A stretch of DNA of 64,000 nt, taken from the NCBI GenBank assembly GCA_963662275.1, contig OY759316.1, forward strand, positions 4,000,001-4,064,000, given 5' to 3'. Within the stretch, counting starts at the first letter, position 1; every line of letters starts with the position of its first letter. Positions 41,764 to 51,569 of the stretch are shown here, piece after piece. The stretch is from Candidatus Cloacimonadales bacterium (lineage in GTDB: Bacteria > Cloacimonadota > Cloacimonadia > Cloacimonadales > DAONDQ01). Below the pieces are notes generated by a model. That model did not search any database. It was not told the origin of the DNA and saw nothing but the letters and a program-made list of their open reading frames with translations. Position numbers and translations under genes: made by a program.

Positions 41764-42480
41764 ATGACAGAACAATTAAAGATTCTTGTCCAGATGCAAA
41801 CATATGACGACAGGATTGGGGAAAAAGAAGAACTCAAAATACTTCTACCCAAACAATTACACGACCTGATCACTCATATGGAAACTGCCGAAGCGAAAGT
41901 TACAGAATTGCATAAAGCACAGGAAGAAAAGATCAAACAGCAGAAACAGAAAGAACTTGATATTAAAACTAATCTTGACCTGATGCGTAAGTACCAGACT
42001 CAATTGGCTGAAATCAAAACAAACAAGGAATATAAGGCGCTTAATAGTGAAGTCACAAGTTTAGGAGCTAAGAATTCTGAGTTCGAAACCCATATTCTTA
42101 CACTGATGGAAGAAGAAACTGCGATTAAGAATGAGTTGAAAAATGCTCAAACCGATCTGAAGCAAGCCAAAAAAGAACTGGAAGAACGCGAAGGTGAGCT
42201 GCGTCATCAAATCGAAGAAGTGGATAAGATGATTACCGATTACAAGGAAAAACGCAACAATCTTGGACGCAATCTGCCTTTGGCACTTGGAAAAAGATAT
42301 GTTCTCCTGATCAAGAATAAGAACCGCAAGGCTGTTGTTTTTAATAATAGCGGAACCTGTAGCGGTTGTGGATTTAGAATCAGACCACAACTTCTTCTTG
42401 AATTGCAGAAGCAGGTAAAAATGATTGCTTGTGAAAATTGTGGAAGAATCCTTGTCCATAATCTTGAGGATTTGACTTAA
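41764..42480 (+). CDS. Coiled-coil C4 zinc-ribbon protein (DUF164/CT398-like)
   Basis: Long coiled coil with KEYKAL, C-terminal CSGC...CENCGRIL; sits upstream of rnpB. Confidence 0.85.
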   Translation: MTEQLKILVQMQTYDDRIGEKEELKILLPKQLHDLITHMETAEAKVTELHKAQEEKIKQQKQKELDIKTNLDLMRKYQTQLAEIKTNKEYKALNSEVTSLGAKNSEFETHILTLMEEETAIKNELKNAQTDLKQAKKELEEREGELRHQIEEVDKMITDYKEKRNNLGRNLPLALGKRYVLLIKNKNRKAVVFNNSGTCSGCGFRIRPQLLLELQKQVKMIACENCGRILVHNLEDLT

Positions 42481-42609
42481 GTCGTGGCATAAGATTCCGA
42501 TCTTATGATTTCTTTATTGTCAAGTATGATGCTAATCATGCTGTCATATGTTTCTGACAATGATAGTAAAGGTTTTGAATTTCTCTGAAAGCAAGTTTTA
42601 GCTACTGAG

Positions 42610-42745
42610 GATGAAAGCTGAGTTCTCCGAGTGAATTGATTTATCTGTTAGTATCGAGGAGACGACATTAACACAGTCTTGAATGTAATAACGGTACATT
42701 TCGATACAATTTCTCGTTCCTCGAAATTACTCAATGAACCGTCTT
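42610..42745. repeat. TCTCCGAGTG...GTATCGAGGAGA / CATTTCGATAC...CTCAATGAACC composite repeat
   Basis: Inverted homologue of the elements at ~35340-35488 and ~31396-31576. Confidence 0.7.
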
Positions 42746-42786
42746 TTAGCTTTCATAAACTTCAGAATCAATATAATTATTTGGTT

Positions 42787-43200
42787 CCAGTGAAGATCAA
42801 ATGTCTGCTCCTTCCAATCAGGAAGGGGAGGAAAGTCCGAACACCACAGGGCAGGATACTTCTTAATAGGAAGTCCCGGTAACGGGGAGCCAGCTCCACA
42901 GAAATAAACCGCCCCGCACTTATTTGAGCTCCTTTGTTTTCTCTTGTATGTGCGGAGTAAGGGTGAAATGGTAGTGTAAGAGACTACCGGATATTCCGGT
43001 GACGGGATATGCCAGGAAAGCCTTATCCGGTGCAATGCCAAATAGGAAAGTCGGGATTGCCCGTCCCTTTGTACTTTCGGGTAGGCAGCTTCAGCCGTCT
43101 GGAAACAGTCCCAGATGGGAATCGTGAGATACTGCGCAGAGGAATAGACATTACCTCACTTATTAGGTGAGGAACAGAACTCGGCTTATGATCTTCATGG
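42787..43200 (+). ncRNA. rnpB: RNase P RNA (bacterial type A)
   Basis: GAGGAAAGTCCG, ACAGAAA, GGGTGAAA, GCCAAATAGG, GGGTAGG, ACAGAACTCGGCTTA; P1 TGAAGATCA/TGATCTTCA and P2 AATGTCT/AGACATT. Confidence 0.95.
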
Positions 43201-43217
43201 AACCTTTTTAATAAGAA

Positions 43218-43686
43218 GTAGAGACGCTCAACTTGAGCGTCTTTTTTATTTGAAAATCTGGTCGAAGATTTCGTAGAGACGCTCAACTTGAGCGTCTTTT
43301 TTATTTGAAAATCTGGTCGAAGATTTCGTAGAGACGTTCAACTTGAGCGTCTTTTTTATTTGAAAATCTGGTCGAAGATTTCGTAGAGACGCTCAACTTG
43401 AGCGTCTTTTTTATTTGAAAATCTGGTCGAAGATTTCGTAGAGACGTTCAACTTGAGCGTCTTTTTTATTTGAAAATCTGGTCGAAGATTTCGTAGAGAC
43501 GTTCAACTTGAGCGTCTTTTTTATTTGAAAATCAGGTCGAAGATTTCGTAGAGACGCTCAACTTGAGCGTCTTTTTTATTTGAAAATCTGGTCGAAGATT
43601 TCGTAGAGACGCTCAACTTGAGCGTCTTTTTTATTTGAAAATCAGGTCGAAGATTTCATAGAGACGTTCAAGTTGAGCGTCTCTAC
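43218..43686. repeat. 55-bp tandem repeat: 8 full units plus a terminal palindrome
   Basis: Units start at 43218, 43273, 43328, 43383, 43438, 43493, 43548, 43603 and 43658. Consensus GTAGAGACGYTCAACTTGAGCGTCTTTTTTATTTGAAAATCWGGTCGAAGATTTC. Confidence 0.95.
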
Positions 43687-43710
43687 AGCAGGTTTTTCCT
43701 TTACTGATGA

Positions 43711-43787
43711 TGGTGGGTGATACGGGACTCGAACCTGTGACCCCTACGATGTGAACGTAGTGCTCTAACCAACTGAGCTAATCACCC
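43711..43787 (-). tRNA. tRNA-Val(CAC)
   Basis: GGGTGATTAGCTCAGTTGGTTAGAGC, anticodon arm CTACG-TTCACAT-CGTAG, GGTTCGAGTCC, encoded CCA. Confidence 0.95.
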
Positions 43788-43802
43788 GATAGGATAAAAA
43801 AA

Positions 43803-43879
<77 letters not shown>

Positions 43880-44080
43880 AACTCATGCAAACAGTAAAAA
43901 ATCAGGCAGAGTGTCAAGCATTTTATGTACCGCATATTTCAGTATGTAAATGTAGCACCTTTTTCAGGAGGTATTTCATTTACAGTAGTATCTGCATCCT
44001 ATTTCTCTTCCAAAAAATTATTGACTTCTTACTGGTAATTCATAGGGTGCTAAACATGTATCTGTTAAGGGAGGAGAATT

Positions 44081-45067
44081 ATGCGAAACGAAAACAATTT
44101 TATTGAATATTTGAAAAACAGAAAAGCATCTGAGGAATCTATTGCCTTTTCTGTTGATTTTATTCATCAATACGAAACTTTTTCAGCGGATTTCACAAAT
44201 GATCAAACTGAAGAAAAGCTTGAAAGTATCAAGGCATTTTGCACTGAATTCATAGCAGGAAAAGAGAACGCCCTTGAAAAAATCATTGCTCTTGCCAGGT
44301 ACAGTATGTTCTCCGAGAATGAGAATGCGATAACCTATCTGATTACTATGTTTGGAACCATTGGGGTATTGGAGAGTATGGAAGAAAGGCTGACAGAATT
44401 AGTGGGAGAAAATGAAGCCTTGGATATCTTCGGCAGCATTGTAAAACCTCCACTAGGTTCAGTTTATGAATTCTATCCACCGGTTGTGAATAAACTACTT
44501 GAAACGATGCAGCAATACTTGCCCCTTTCCACCTGCCAAGAAGTTCTTGCTGGTAATCATCATAGGGTATCTGTTGAAGGTTTTCAAAAAGACAAAGAAA
44601 AGTATGAGGAACTTGGTTCATTAGATGCCTTGTTATCATATCAACATCTACAATTGCTTAATGAACTTGTAGAATGTATGCTTGGTGATAAATTATGGTA
44701 TGAACAGAAGATCACACCAGCAGTTCTTGAGTTCGTAAGAAACAACAGGGAGATACAAACCGGTGTTAGAGAAGGAAACAAGCTATTCATCACGAAAATC
44801 CCGTATCAGCCGGATGCTTTCCTGAAAGAGACCGATCCACAGAAAAAAAGATATCTTGCCTGCCACTGTCCGTTTGTCAGATCATCAATCCTGGATAATT
44901 CCAGCAAGGTTCCGAAGTTGTGGTGTTATTGCACTGGTGGATATATCAAATTAAGATATGATGTAATCTTTGGCAAGTCATTGGAAGTCAAACTGTTGGA
45001 AACTGTACTGGATGGTGATGACCGTTGTAGGTTTGTGATCACACTGCCGCCGGAGACAAAGGATTAG
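44081..45067 (+). CDS. Hypothetical protein with Cys-rich C-terminus (DUF6144-like)
   Basis: GGAGGAG RBS; YLACHCPFVR, WCYCTGG and GDDRCRF motifs. Confidence 0.65.
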   Translation: MRNENNFIEYLKNRKASEESIAFSVDFIHQYETFSADFTNDQTEEKLESIKAFCTEFIAGKENALEKIIALARYSMFSENENAITYLITMFGTIGVLESMEERLTELVGENEALDIFGSIVKPPLGSVYEFYPPVVNKLLETMQQYLPLSTCQEVLAGNHHRVSVEGFQKDKEKYEELGSLDALLSYQHLQLLNELVECMLGDKLWYEQKITPAVLEFVRNNREIQTGVREGNKLFITKIPYQPDAFLKETDPQKKRYLACHCPFVRSSILDNSSKVPKLWCYCTGGYIKLRYDVIFGKSLEVKLLETVLDGDDRCRFVITLPPETKD

Positions 45068-45070
45068 GAT

Positions 45071-45320
45071 GCATTTCGACTTGCTCAATGACCGAGCTAG
45101 ATGACAGCTAATAAACCGAATGAAAAGCTCCTATATAATGAGGAAAACAAGAACTGACAATGAAAAGAACATAAGCTAAACAAAACCTAACAAAGTCTAG
45201 ATGATGCCTAGATGATCCCTAGATTATCCTTAGATGATGCCTAGATGATTTTATGGGAGACTTGAATGAGAGGTTCATTTCGACTCCGCTCAATGACCGG
45301 CTATTTTACTCAATGACCGG
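45071..45320. repeat. TTCGACTCCGCTCAATGACC-family REP-like copies flanking an 11-bp tandem array
   Basis: Copies near 45072 and 45276; 11-mer array (YCTAGATGATN) at 45196-45250. The family also occurs near 45930, 46741, 46876, 51074 and 51127. Confidence 0.75.
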
Positions 45321-45363
45321 TTATTTTCTTTGTGATGGTATAAATTGATTGTCTCTTTAGACA

Positions 45364-45477
45364 TCATGTTATGTCCAAGGTTATGCGTTCTAAAACAAAT
45401 GCTTTTAATTCTAAGGCACAGGCAATAGCTTTTGTTACTAAATCCTTATCTACTTCTGGAACTTCATCGTAACTCAT
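45364..45477 (-). pseudogene. Internally deleted HEPN-like gene remnant
   Basis: ATGA-coupled to the MNT stop. 37 aa, MSYDEVPEVDKDLVTKAIACALELKAFVLERITLDIT, resembles only the last helix of the HEPN at 51159. Confidence 0.55.
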
Positions 45478-45803
45478 AAAGTAACTCCTTCAGCTTTAAC
45501 ATGATAAGCCAGGCTGCCAAAAGATTCACTTTCTTCCGTGAATCGCTGTTGATTTTTGATAATCAAATCTAAAGGAGTTATTCTATCAGTTTCCCATAAT
45601 CTCTTATGGATAGCGAAAGTTAAATCACTGTATTTAAGAGTTGGCAACTCATCATCCACAAGAATCATGAAGTCGTAATCGCTTTCAGGACGTGCATTGC
45701 CTGTGGCTCGAGAGCCGAAAAGGATAAGCTTTCGAGCATGATACTTTGCCATCTCTTCTTTGATGATGGTTACAAGCTCAATGAATAATTGATTCTGCTC
45801 CAT
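45474..45803 (-). CDS. Minimal nucleotidyltransferase (MNT) antitoxin
   Basis: ILFGSRATG...SDYDFMIL. Confidence 0.88.
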   Translation of the reverse strand: MEQNQLFIELVTIIKEEMAKYHARKLILFGSRATGNARPESDYDFMILVDDELPTLKYSDLTFAIHKRLWETDRITPLDLIIKNQQRFTEESESFGSLAYHVKAEGVTL

Positions 45804-45960
45804 TTTCTCTCCGGCAGTAATTTCAAGATTGCTTCCACATTCACGCTAACTATATAGATATATTATTTAAACTTGGTCAATTTATTATTTCAAATAATAC
45901 TGAGCAAGATTATTTTTGTTTCTACTTGCTTTGACTCCGCTCAGCAACCGGCTATTTGAT

Positions 45961-46197
45961 TCAGCATTCAAATTCTCTTCTTTCCCTGACAATCTCATCA
46001 CTCAAAGAAGCAGTAAAATCCTTGGCTATTTCTCTTGCTTTCTGGAAATGAAATTTGCTCACATCAACCTTACTTTTTTCAGTCTCGGACATATCTTCTA
46101 AAAAAGTAACTATGACTTTTAGAGGTCTATTCACCTTGATTTCTTTATCTAATATCAATCTGCCATTCTGGTAAATTCCCTTAATCGCTAACATCAT
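45961..46197 (-). CDS. Small antitoxin-like protein (DUF104/AbrB-like)
   Basis: AIKGIYQNGRLIL N-terminus, LSDEIVRERR C-terminus; AAGGAG RBS. Confidence 0.65.
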   Translation of the reverse strand: MMLAIKGIYQNGRLILDKEIKVNRPLKVIVTFLEDMSETEKSKVDVSKFHFQKAREIAKDFTASLSDEIVRERREFEC

Positions 46198-46325
46198 TTC
46201 TCCTTTGTCACATTAAATTTCTTCAACACATATTAGTTTTACTAATGATATCTATCTTTATTGACAATCTCGGTAATTCATTCTCCTGCCATCCACTCAC
46301 AAGGTAGAGAGTTTGATGAGTTCTT

Positions 46326-46652
46326 TTAGTTTTGCATCCATAATATCTTCCCATCTTTCGCGACATCATTGTTTAGTGTTCCAAGATATTCCTTATACTC
46401 TTCAAACTGTGTTCTGCTTTTCAACACAATATCCACCGAATAAGGAAGTTTTAGAAATCTCTTTTCAATCCTATATAGCAGATTTAATTTATCTTTGCGG
46501 GATATATCATCTTTCAGCAAAATCATGATATCTATATCACTATCTTTTGTTTGACTGCCTTTTGCATAAGAACCAAACAATACAATGCGATCTGGTGTGA
46601 CTTCTGCTAAAATGGCATCCCTGATAGTATCGAAATCCTGCTCTAAGTACAT
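46326..46652 (-). CDS. Minimal nucleotidyltransferase (MNT) antitoxin
   Basis: PDRIVLFGSYAKG...SDIDIMIL. Confidence 0.88.
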   Translation of the reverse strand: MYLEQDFDTIRDAILAEVTPDRIVLFGSYAKGSQTKDSDIDIMILLKDDISRKDKLNLLYRIEKRFLKLPYSVDIVLKSRTQFEEYKEYLGTLNNDVAKDGKILWMQN

Positions 46653-46804
46653 AAATCTTCCTTCTATCTACAATTTGCTTTTCTTAATTTAATCAATCAC
46701 GATCAGAATAACTTCGTCAAGTTTATTCCCTTTTGCTTGCCTTCGACTCCGCTCAATGACCGGCTATCATGAACTATAGAGAAAGAAAAGATCGTTGTCG
46801 GTTT

Positions 46805-46865
46805 GAAGTCCATTTGCCCTTTTAGTCAGGTATTCAATGATAATCAGTTAGGGCAATTGAACTCC
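46805..46865 (-). repeat. Copy of the ~61-nt hairpin repeat
   Basis: Reverse complement closely matches 1052-1112, including the gctaaggattt flank. Confidence 0.8.
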
Positions 46866-46957
46866 AAATCCTTAGCGGTCACTGAGCGAAGTCGAAGTGC
46901 CCGTCCAGCCACCTTCATGATACAAGGCTTGATTCCTGCTCGTAAATGAATCACAAG

Positions 46958-48463
46958 TTATGGGATGTACCAGACTTTTACATCGTCAAAGTATACATAC
47001 GCTCCAGGATAACCAGATAAAAGACGGAATCCTTGATAACCTGAAGAGTTCGTTTGACCATGTATATTATCGAGCTTAAGTTGATCATCAATCCAAACAC
47101 TTACGTTATTATGTATTGAATCAAACATTAATCTGATTTTATACCACTGGTTCGGAATATATGTGGGTAATGCTACTTGAGTATTGTCACCCAAACTGCA
47201 AAAAATTTTTCCTGATGTATAACTAATAATTGCATATTCAGTACCCCAATCGCCCTCATTTAGATTATAAAAGCCAATTCCAGTTTCATCACCTGAAGAC
47301 CTAATCCAAGCTTCAAAAAAAACGGTAGAAGGTATAGTGGGTAGTGAATGATCAATATAAGAACCGTAATTCGAGCTTCCAAGAAGTTGGAATGAATTAG
47401 AACCTGAATGTGAATACTGGTTTGTAACTATTTGATAATTATCTCCAGCACCGTTAGCTCTAATAATCCAGCCACCAGAACTGGGGAAAGTGGTAGGTAA
47501 ATATGTATCAAAATTATCATTAATTAGCATAACGGTTGTATTTAAAATGACTGTATTAATAATGTTTGTATAACTTGAGTATAAATCATCTTTTTTTGCT
47601 CTTACTCTGTAGCTGAAAGATCCAGTCTCAGTAAGATGGTCTGTATAGGTTTGAATTGAAGGTACTACCGATGCCAATAAACTATAATTTCCTTCATCCT
47701 TCTTCCGTTCAATTTGATAGCCAGTAGCAATCGTACTATTTTGTGTCCATGCAATAGTAAAATGATAGAAAGTACTATCTGTTATGATCAGATTTGTTGG
47801 CGCTCCCAAGCCGGAATAGATGACAGCCTGTTCCTCTATTGCAGAGTTTAAGGATGTATTGAAGGCATGAATCCTATAAGATAGATTCAAGGCATTGCCA
47901 GGTGTACTGGTTATCTCATCTGTATATGTCATGGTATTAGCAGGTCGTGAAGCAATTTCAGTATAAACACCGCCACTCAGTCTCTTCTCTATCTTGTAGC
48001 CAGTTTCGTTCGTACTGTTATCCAGCCAATCTAAGCGCACCCCCAGCATTTCGACTGTAGTAGCTGTGAATTCGGTTGGGGCATTGAGGATCGTTGATGT
48101 ATAGCTGGTTGCTTTTTCTTCCGAGTATTCTGTATAATATTCACCTTTCTGCACTTTCAGGCGATAGGTAAGATCATGGTTTAATTCCATATTGAGGGTA
48201 GTATCGGCAAAGACACTCGTGGAGAGTTTCTTCATGGTGACAGGTTCGTAAGCTGCATCGGCTATTTTTCTTTCGAATAGCATTATCGCTTGAGATGAAT
48301 AGGAATAATTGAGCTGTAATTTGAAGCCTGCGTTATATTGATCGATGCTGAGTATCTGGGGTTGATTAAGGAGGTCACTATCATTTTCCAGAGGACTGTT
48401 CCAGTCTCGGGAACAGGATAGTAATACAAATGCTAATATCAAAAGACCGAATAATTTCTTCAT
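46958..48463 (-). CDS. Lipoprotein with FN3 repeats and a C-terminal beta-sandwich (ConA-like) domain
   Basis: Lipobox LLSC, WLDNSTNETGYKIE FN3 motif, C-terminal YFDDVKVW; paralogue of 52006-53607. Start at MKKLFG. Confidence 0.75.
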   Translation of the reverse strand: MKKLFGLLILAFVLLSCSRDWNSPLENDSDLLNQPQILSIDQYNAGFKLQLNYSYSSQAIMLFERKIADAAYEPVTMKKLSTSVFADTTLNMELNHDLTYRLKVQKGEYYTEYSEEKATSYTSTILNAPTEFTATTVEMLGVRLDWLDNSTNETGYKIEKRLSGGVYTEIASRPANTMTYTDEITSTPGNALNLSYRIHAFNTSLNSAIEEQAVIYSGLGAPTNLIITDSTFYHFTIAWTQNSTIATGYQIERKKDEGNYSLLASVVPSIQTYTDHLTETGSFSYRVRAKKDDLYSSYTNIINTVILNTTVMLINDNFDTYLPTTFPSSGGWIIRANGAGDNYQIVTNQYSHSGSNSFQLLGSSNYGSYIDHSLPTIPSTVFFEAWIRSSGDETGIGFYNLNEGDWGTEYAIISYTSGKIFCSLGDNTQVALPTYIPNQWYKIRLMFDSIHNNVSVWIDDQLKLDNIHGQTNSSGYQGFRLLSGYPGAYVYFDDVKVWYIP

Positions 48464-48484
48464 ATTGTTCTCCATTTTTATTGT

Positions 48485-48562
48485 GTGGAGTAGGATTCCG
48501 ATCCTACTGTATCGAATATTCAATTTAGATGGGTGTTTAGTAGGATCGGAATCCTACTCCAC
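48485..48562. repeat. GTAG-type REP-like inverted doublet
   Basis: gtggagtaggattccgatcctact ... agtaggatcggaatcctactccac. Confidence 0.8.
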
Positions 48563-48563
48563 G

Positions 48564-49910
48564 CTATTTTTTCAATTCTCTAAAACTTCTGATAAAATCC
48601 TTATTAGTAAGCACTTCTCCGAAAGAATATGCATTGGATATTGCTGTTTCACGGGTTTTTCCGAGTCCGCGAATATCGGATATAGAGGAATTCGGGAATC
48701 CAACTTCGTATATTATTTTTCTTGTAGCCAATTCAATTATTTTCATGGAGAGTGCGGGGAAAGCGATAAAGAGACCTTGTTGATGATTCTCTCTCACTTC
48801 TGTGATTCTTGGTTCAATTATCAGAAAATAGCTGATACCTTGCTCTAAAGTTTTATCCATATCCAGAAACGATAATTCTACTACTTTGCCTTCAACACCG
48901 GTAATCAAATCACTAAATGCAGCTTCTGCCTCAGGACACTTATTACAGCTATCACGGCAATACAAACCCACCGTCTTTCCCGTAAAGAGATGCTTTAATT
49001 CGAGAGTTAAGGGTACATCCCTGGAGCATTCTACATTGGGGAAACGATCTTGATCAACATTGACTCGAATTGTCGTTTCACCTGTATGTTTTGGAAAGAA
49101 GGCAACCAGGAAACCATCGCCATCTTTTGTCACCATGAGAGTATCAATCATGGCAACCGCATTATGCTCATTTACAACAAGATTACCCGAATATGGATTC
49201 CCCTTGTAGAGGCATTGAAGGCGGACACTATTAGCACCTTTCATATTAGACTGAAAAACCAAGTGCTGGTAAAATCCTTCCACTTGTTGACTTGCCTCAT
49301 TGCATTTTCTTTCCAGGAAAGCAGTATAATTGTTTGGCGCTGTGAACCAATTCTTTGAGGCAACCTGGTTAGTACTGTAGAATTTCCAGACCCGATCAAG
49401 ATTATCGATATAGTCTATTGGATTTGTAGAATCAGCTTCGGATATTTGACTTTCCACAGGTTCTATACTATTACTGGTAAGTCGAATCAATTCATCCAGG
49501 AACTTTTGCCTGACAGTATCAGAATAAGGGATGTGGCACCAAGCCTGCCATTTCAGACCTTGCGGTCCTTTGGATTGCTCTGAATAATAATTAAACTCCA
49601 AAGCCTGGTTCAGGCTTTTCGAGAGCATAGAGACATCGCTTTCTGATTTCTCATTTACCGTGCCGTTTTCTTCTATAGTTTGCGATAGATACGTGTAATT
49701 CACACTGACTCCATCAAACAGTGAGATCTGTGTCAGGGCATTACGCATCGCCTCTTCACGGGCAGTCTTCTCATCAGCGCACATTCCTGAAATACCTGTA
49801 AAAGGCAGATTCCTTAAGGATGCTTTACCCCTTACTTCTACAACTTTTGTTACAGCCATACAGTTTGCTATCAGGAATAGCAGAAACAACCATGAAATAT
49901 AGTACTTCAT
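48564..49910 (-). CDS. Hypothetical secreted protein
   Basis: 448-aa ORF with signal peptide; AREEAMRNALTQIS resembles LPP20/FlgT-type N-terminal domains. Confidence 0.6.
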   Translation of the reverse strand: MKYYISWLFLLFLIANCMAVTKVVEVRGKASLRNLPFTGISGMCADEKTAREEAMRNALTQISLFDGVSVNYTYLSQTIEENGTVNEKSESDVSMLSKSLNQALEFNYYSEQSKGPQGLKWQAWCHIPYSDTVRQKFLDELIRLTSNSIEPVESQISEADSTNPIDYIDNLDRVWKFYSTNQVASKNWFTAPNNYTAFLERKCNEASQQVEGFYQHLVFQSNMKGANSVRLQCLYKGNPYSGNLVVNEHNAVAMIDTLMVTKDGDGFLVAFFPKHTGETTIRVNVDQDRFPNVECSRDVPLTLELKHLFTGKTVGLYCRDSCNKCPEAEAAFSDLITGVEGKVVELSFLDMDKTLEQGISYFLIIEPRITEVRENHQQGLFIAFPALSMKIIELATRKIIYEVGFPNSSISDIRGLGKTRETAISNAYSFGEVLTNKDFIRSFRELKK

Positions 49911-49912
49911 GT

Positions 49913-51034
49913 TTAAAACCGCACATTGAAAGCAAGCCCGATAGTCTTATTATCCGGTTTGTATAAGGAAATTATATCCACTTTTTTTAGCTTATTCACT
50001 TTCATAACTTCAAAAACAAACCAGGAAGCCATAACACCGGTTGTGATACCACAAATCATAGTTTTTTGGTCGTAGCTTTTGGTATCATCCTTATAGCTTG
50101 CTGATTCTGAGAGTGTCCTGGCATTCTTATATTGATCAAAACTGTCTGCACCCTGCATATAGAAATATCCGCTCGCACCGGCACTGGCAAGTGTGGCTAA
50201 TCCACTAACCCAGGCAAGTGAGGAATGAACTGTACCCTTGGGAATCATACGAAAAACGAGGGAATTAACAGTCTGGTTGTCCAGTTCAATCTCGATACGC
50301 TTCTTCTGGATACGTTCATGGATGGCATTGCGCAATTCACTAACTGTGATATTCCCTGAAACGCGATATTCATAGGCATTTGTACTCACCACATAACCGT
50401 CATAAGTATCCACTTCATCGATGCTATCAAAGAGATTATCCAATTCATTCTGCACTTCCAGCTTGATCCTGCCCTTGAAAGTGACGGTGAACATCTCACT
50501 GCTGGTGGCAATCTGTGGTATTGCTTCAGTCAAGGTGTTTTGCACTGATTTTTGAATGGCTGCTTCCTTGTTTTCCTTGTCCACACCTTCTTTCTGCACA
50601 CTCAATACGACTTGACCAGTACGCACGCTGATTAGCTTCATCCGTGTCTCGAAATGGAAGTCCTGGTAGTTTGCACTCTTATCGATCACATAAAACCACA
50701 GTACTTTATCCGCCATGTTCTTCTTACCATACTGAATGGAAGCAGCATCCATATCGATATCCTTATTCAGGCGGATTTCCTGCAATGCCTCATCCACATA
50801 GGCTTTGTCAATGACGGTGATATTCTTGGAAAGCAGTACACTGGTGATTTCGTTGTAGGCTGTATTTACACCTGTGCTTTCCATAGTTTCTGCATTCGAA
50901 GGTGCCTTTGGGTCAGGAATGATCATCACCACTGTCTTGCGGTTCTTTACTTTCTTCGTATCTGCTTTTGCCCAACAGGACAACGTGATGGATAAAATTA
51001 AGATCACAATTAAGATACGGGTTAAGGTCTTCAT
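49913..51034 (-). CDS. Hypothetical secreted/membrane protein (CsgG-like N-terminus)
   Basis: Signal peptide, RMKLISVRTGQV, C-terminal hydrophobic hairpin; AGAGG RBS. Confidence 0.55.
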   Translation of the reverse strand: MKTLTRILIVILILSITLSCWAKADTKKVKNRKTVVMIIPDPKAPSNAETMESTGVNTAYNEITSVLLSKNITVIDKAYVDEALQEIRLNKDIDMDAASIQYGKKNMADKVLWFYVIDKSANYQDFHFETRMKLISVRTGQVVLSVQKEGVDKENKEAAIQKSVQNTLTEAIPQIATSSEMFTVTFKGRIKLEVQNELDNLFDSIDEVDTYDGYVVSTNAYEYRVSGNITVSELRNAIHERIQKKRIEIELDNQTVNSLVFRMIPKGTVHSSLAWVSGLATLASAGASGYFYMQGADSFDQYKNARTLSESASYKDDTKSYDQKTMICGITTGVMASWFVFEVMKVNKLKKVDIISLYKPDNKTIGLAFNVRF

Positions 51035-51158
51035 AAATACCTCTTTATTCTTTGATTTATTTTCTATTCAGGTCATTTCGACTTCGCTCAATGATCGGTT
51101 ATTTTCTTTTTGATGGTATCGATTGACGGTCACTGAGCGGAGTCGAAGTGCCCGTCCA

Positions 51159-51569
51159 TCAACCTTTTTGATACAAGGCTTGGATTTTTATTAGTATGAA
51201 ATCTTTTACAGATAAGGCAATGCGATATGCTTCTTGGGCATCATATTCTGAGACTTCAATAAAGTCATCAGGATACCGATTTTCTACAGAGTAACCAGTT
51301 AGTGAAATGGCAAATTCATATTTTTCAATTTCCGGATATCTTTGTGAAACTAAGTCAATTAGTACTTCAATATTATGCGTTTTTGTGAAAGGAACCTCTA
51401 AATATATGAGAAAGCCCTTCAAGTACTTTTCAACTGCTTGCTGACAGTGAAAACAGACTGTATCAAAAGGTTTATCAGATGCCACTACCTGAAAAATAAG
51501 CTCAACATTCTTTAAATCACTATCTGCCTTCTTAAACCAATTCTGGGCTAAATCAAATCTATCTTCCAT
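51159..51569 (-). CDS. HEPN-domain protein
   Basis: WFKKADSDL, CFHCQQAVEKYLKG, KTHNI, RYPD. Confidence 0.9.
   Translation of the reverse strand: MEDRFDLAQNWFKKADSDLKNVELIFQVVASDKPFDTVCFHCQQAVEKYLKGFLIYLEVPFTKTHNIEVLIDLVSQRYPEIEKYEFAISLTGYSVENRYPDDFIEVSEYDAQEAYRIALSVKDFILIKIQALYQKG

Noticed and set aside
43218..43686. CRISPR array
   Set aside because: The sequence between palindromes is essentially identical in every unit, so there are no unique spacers, and no cas genes are in the window.
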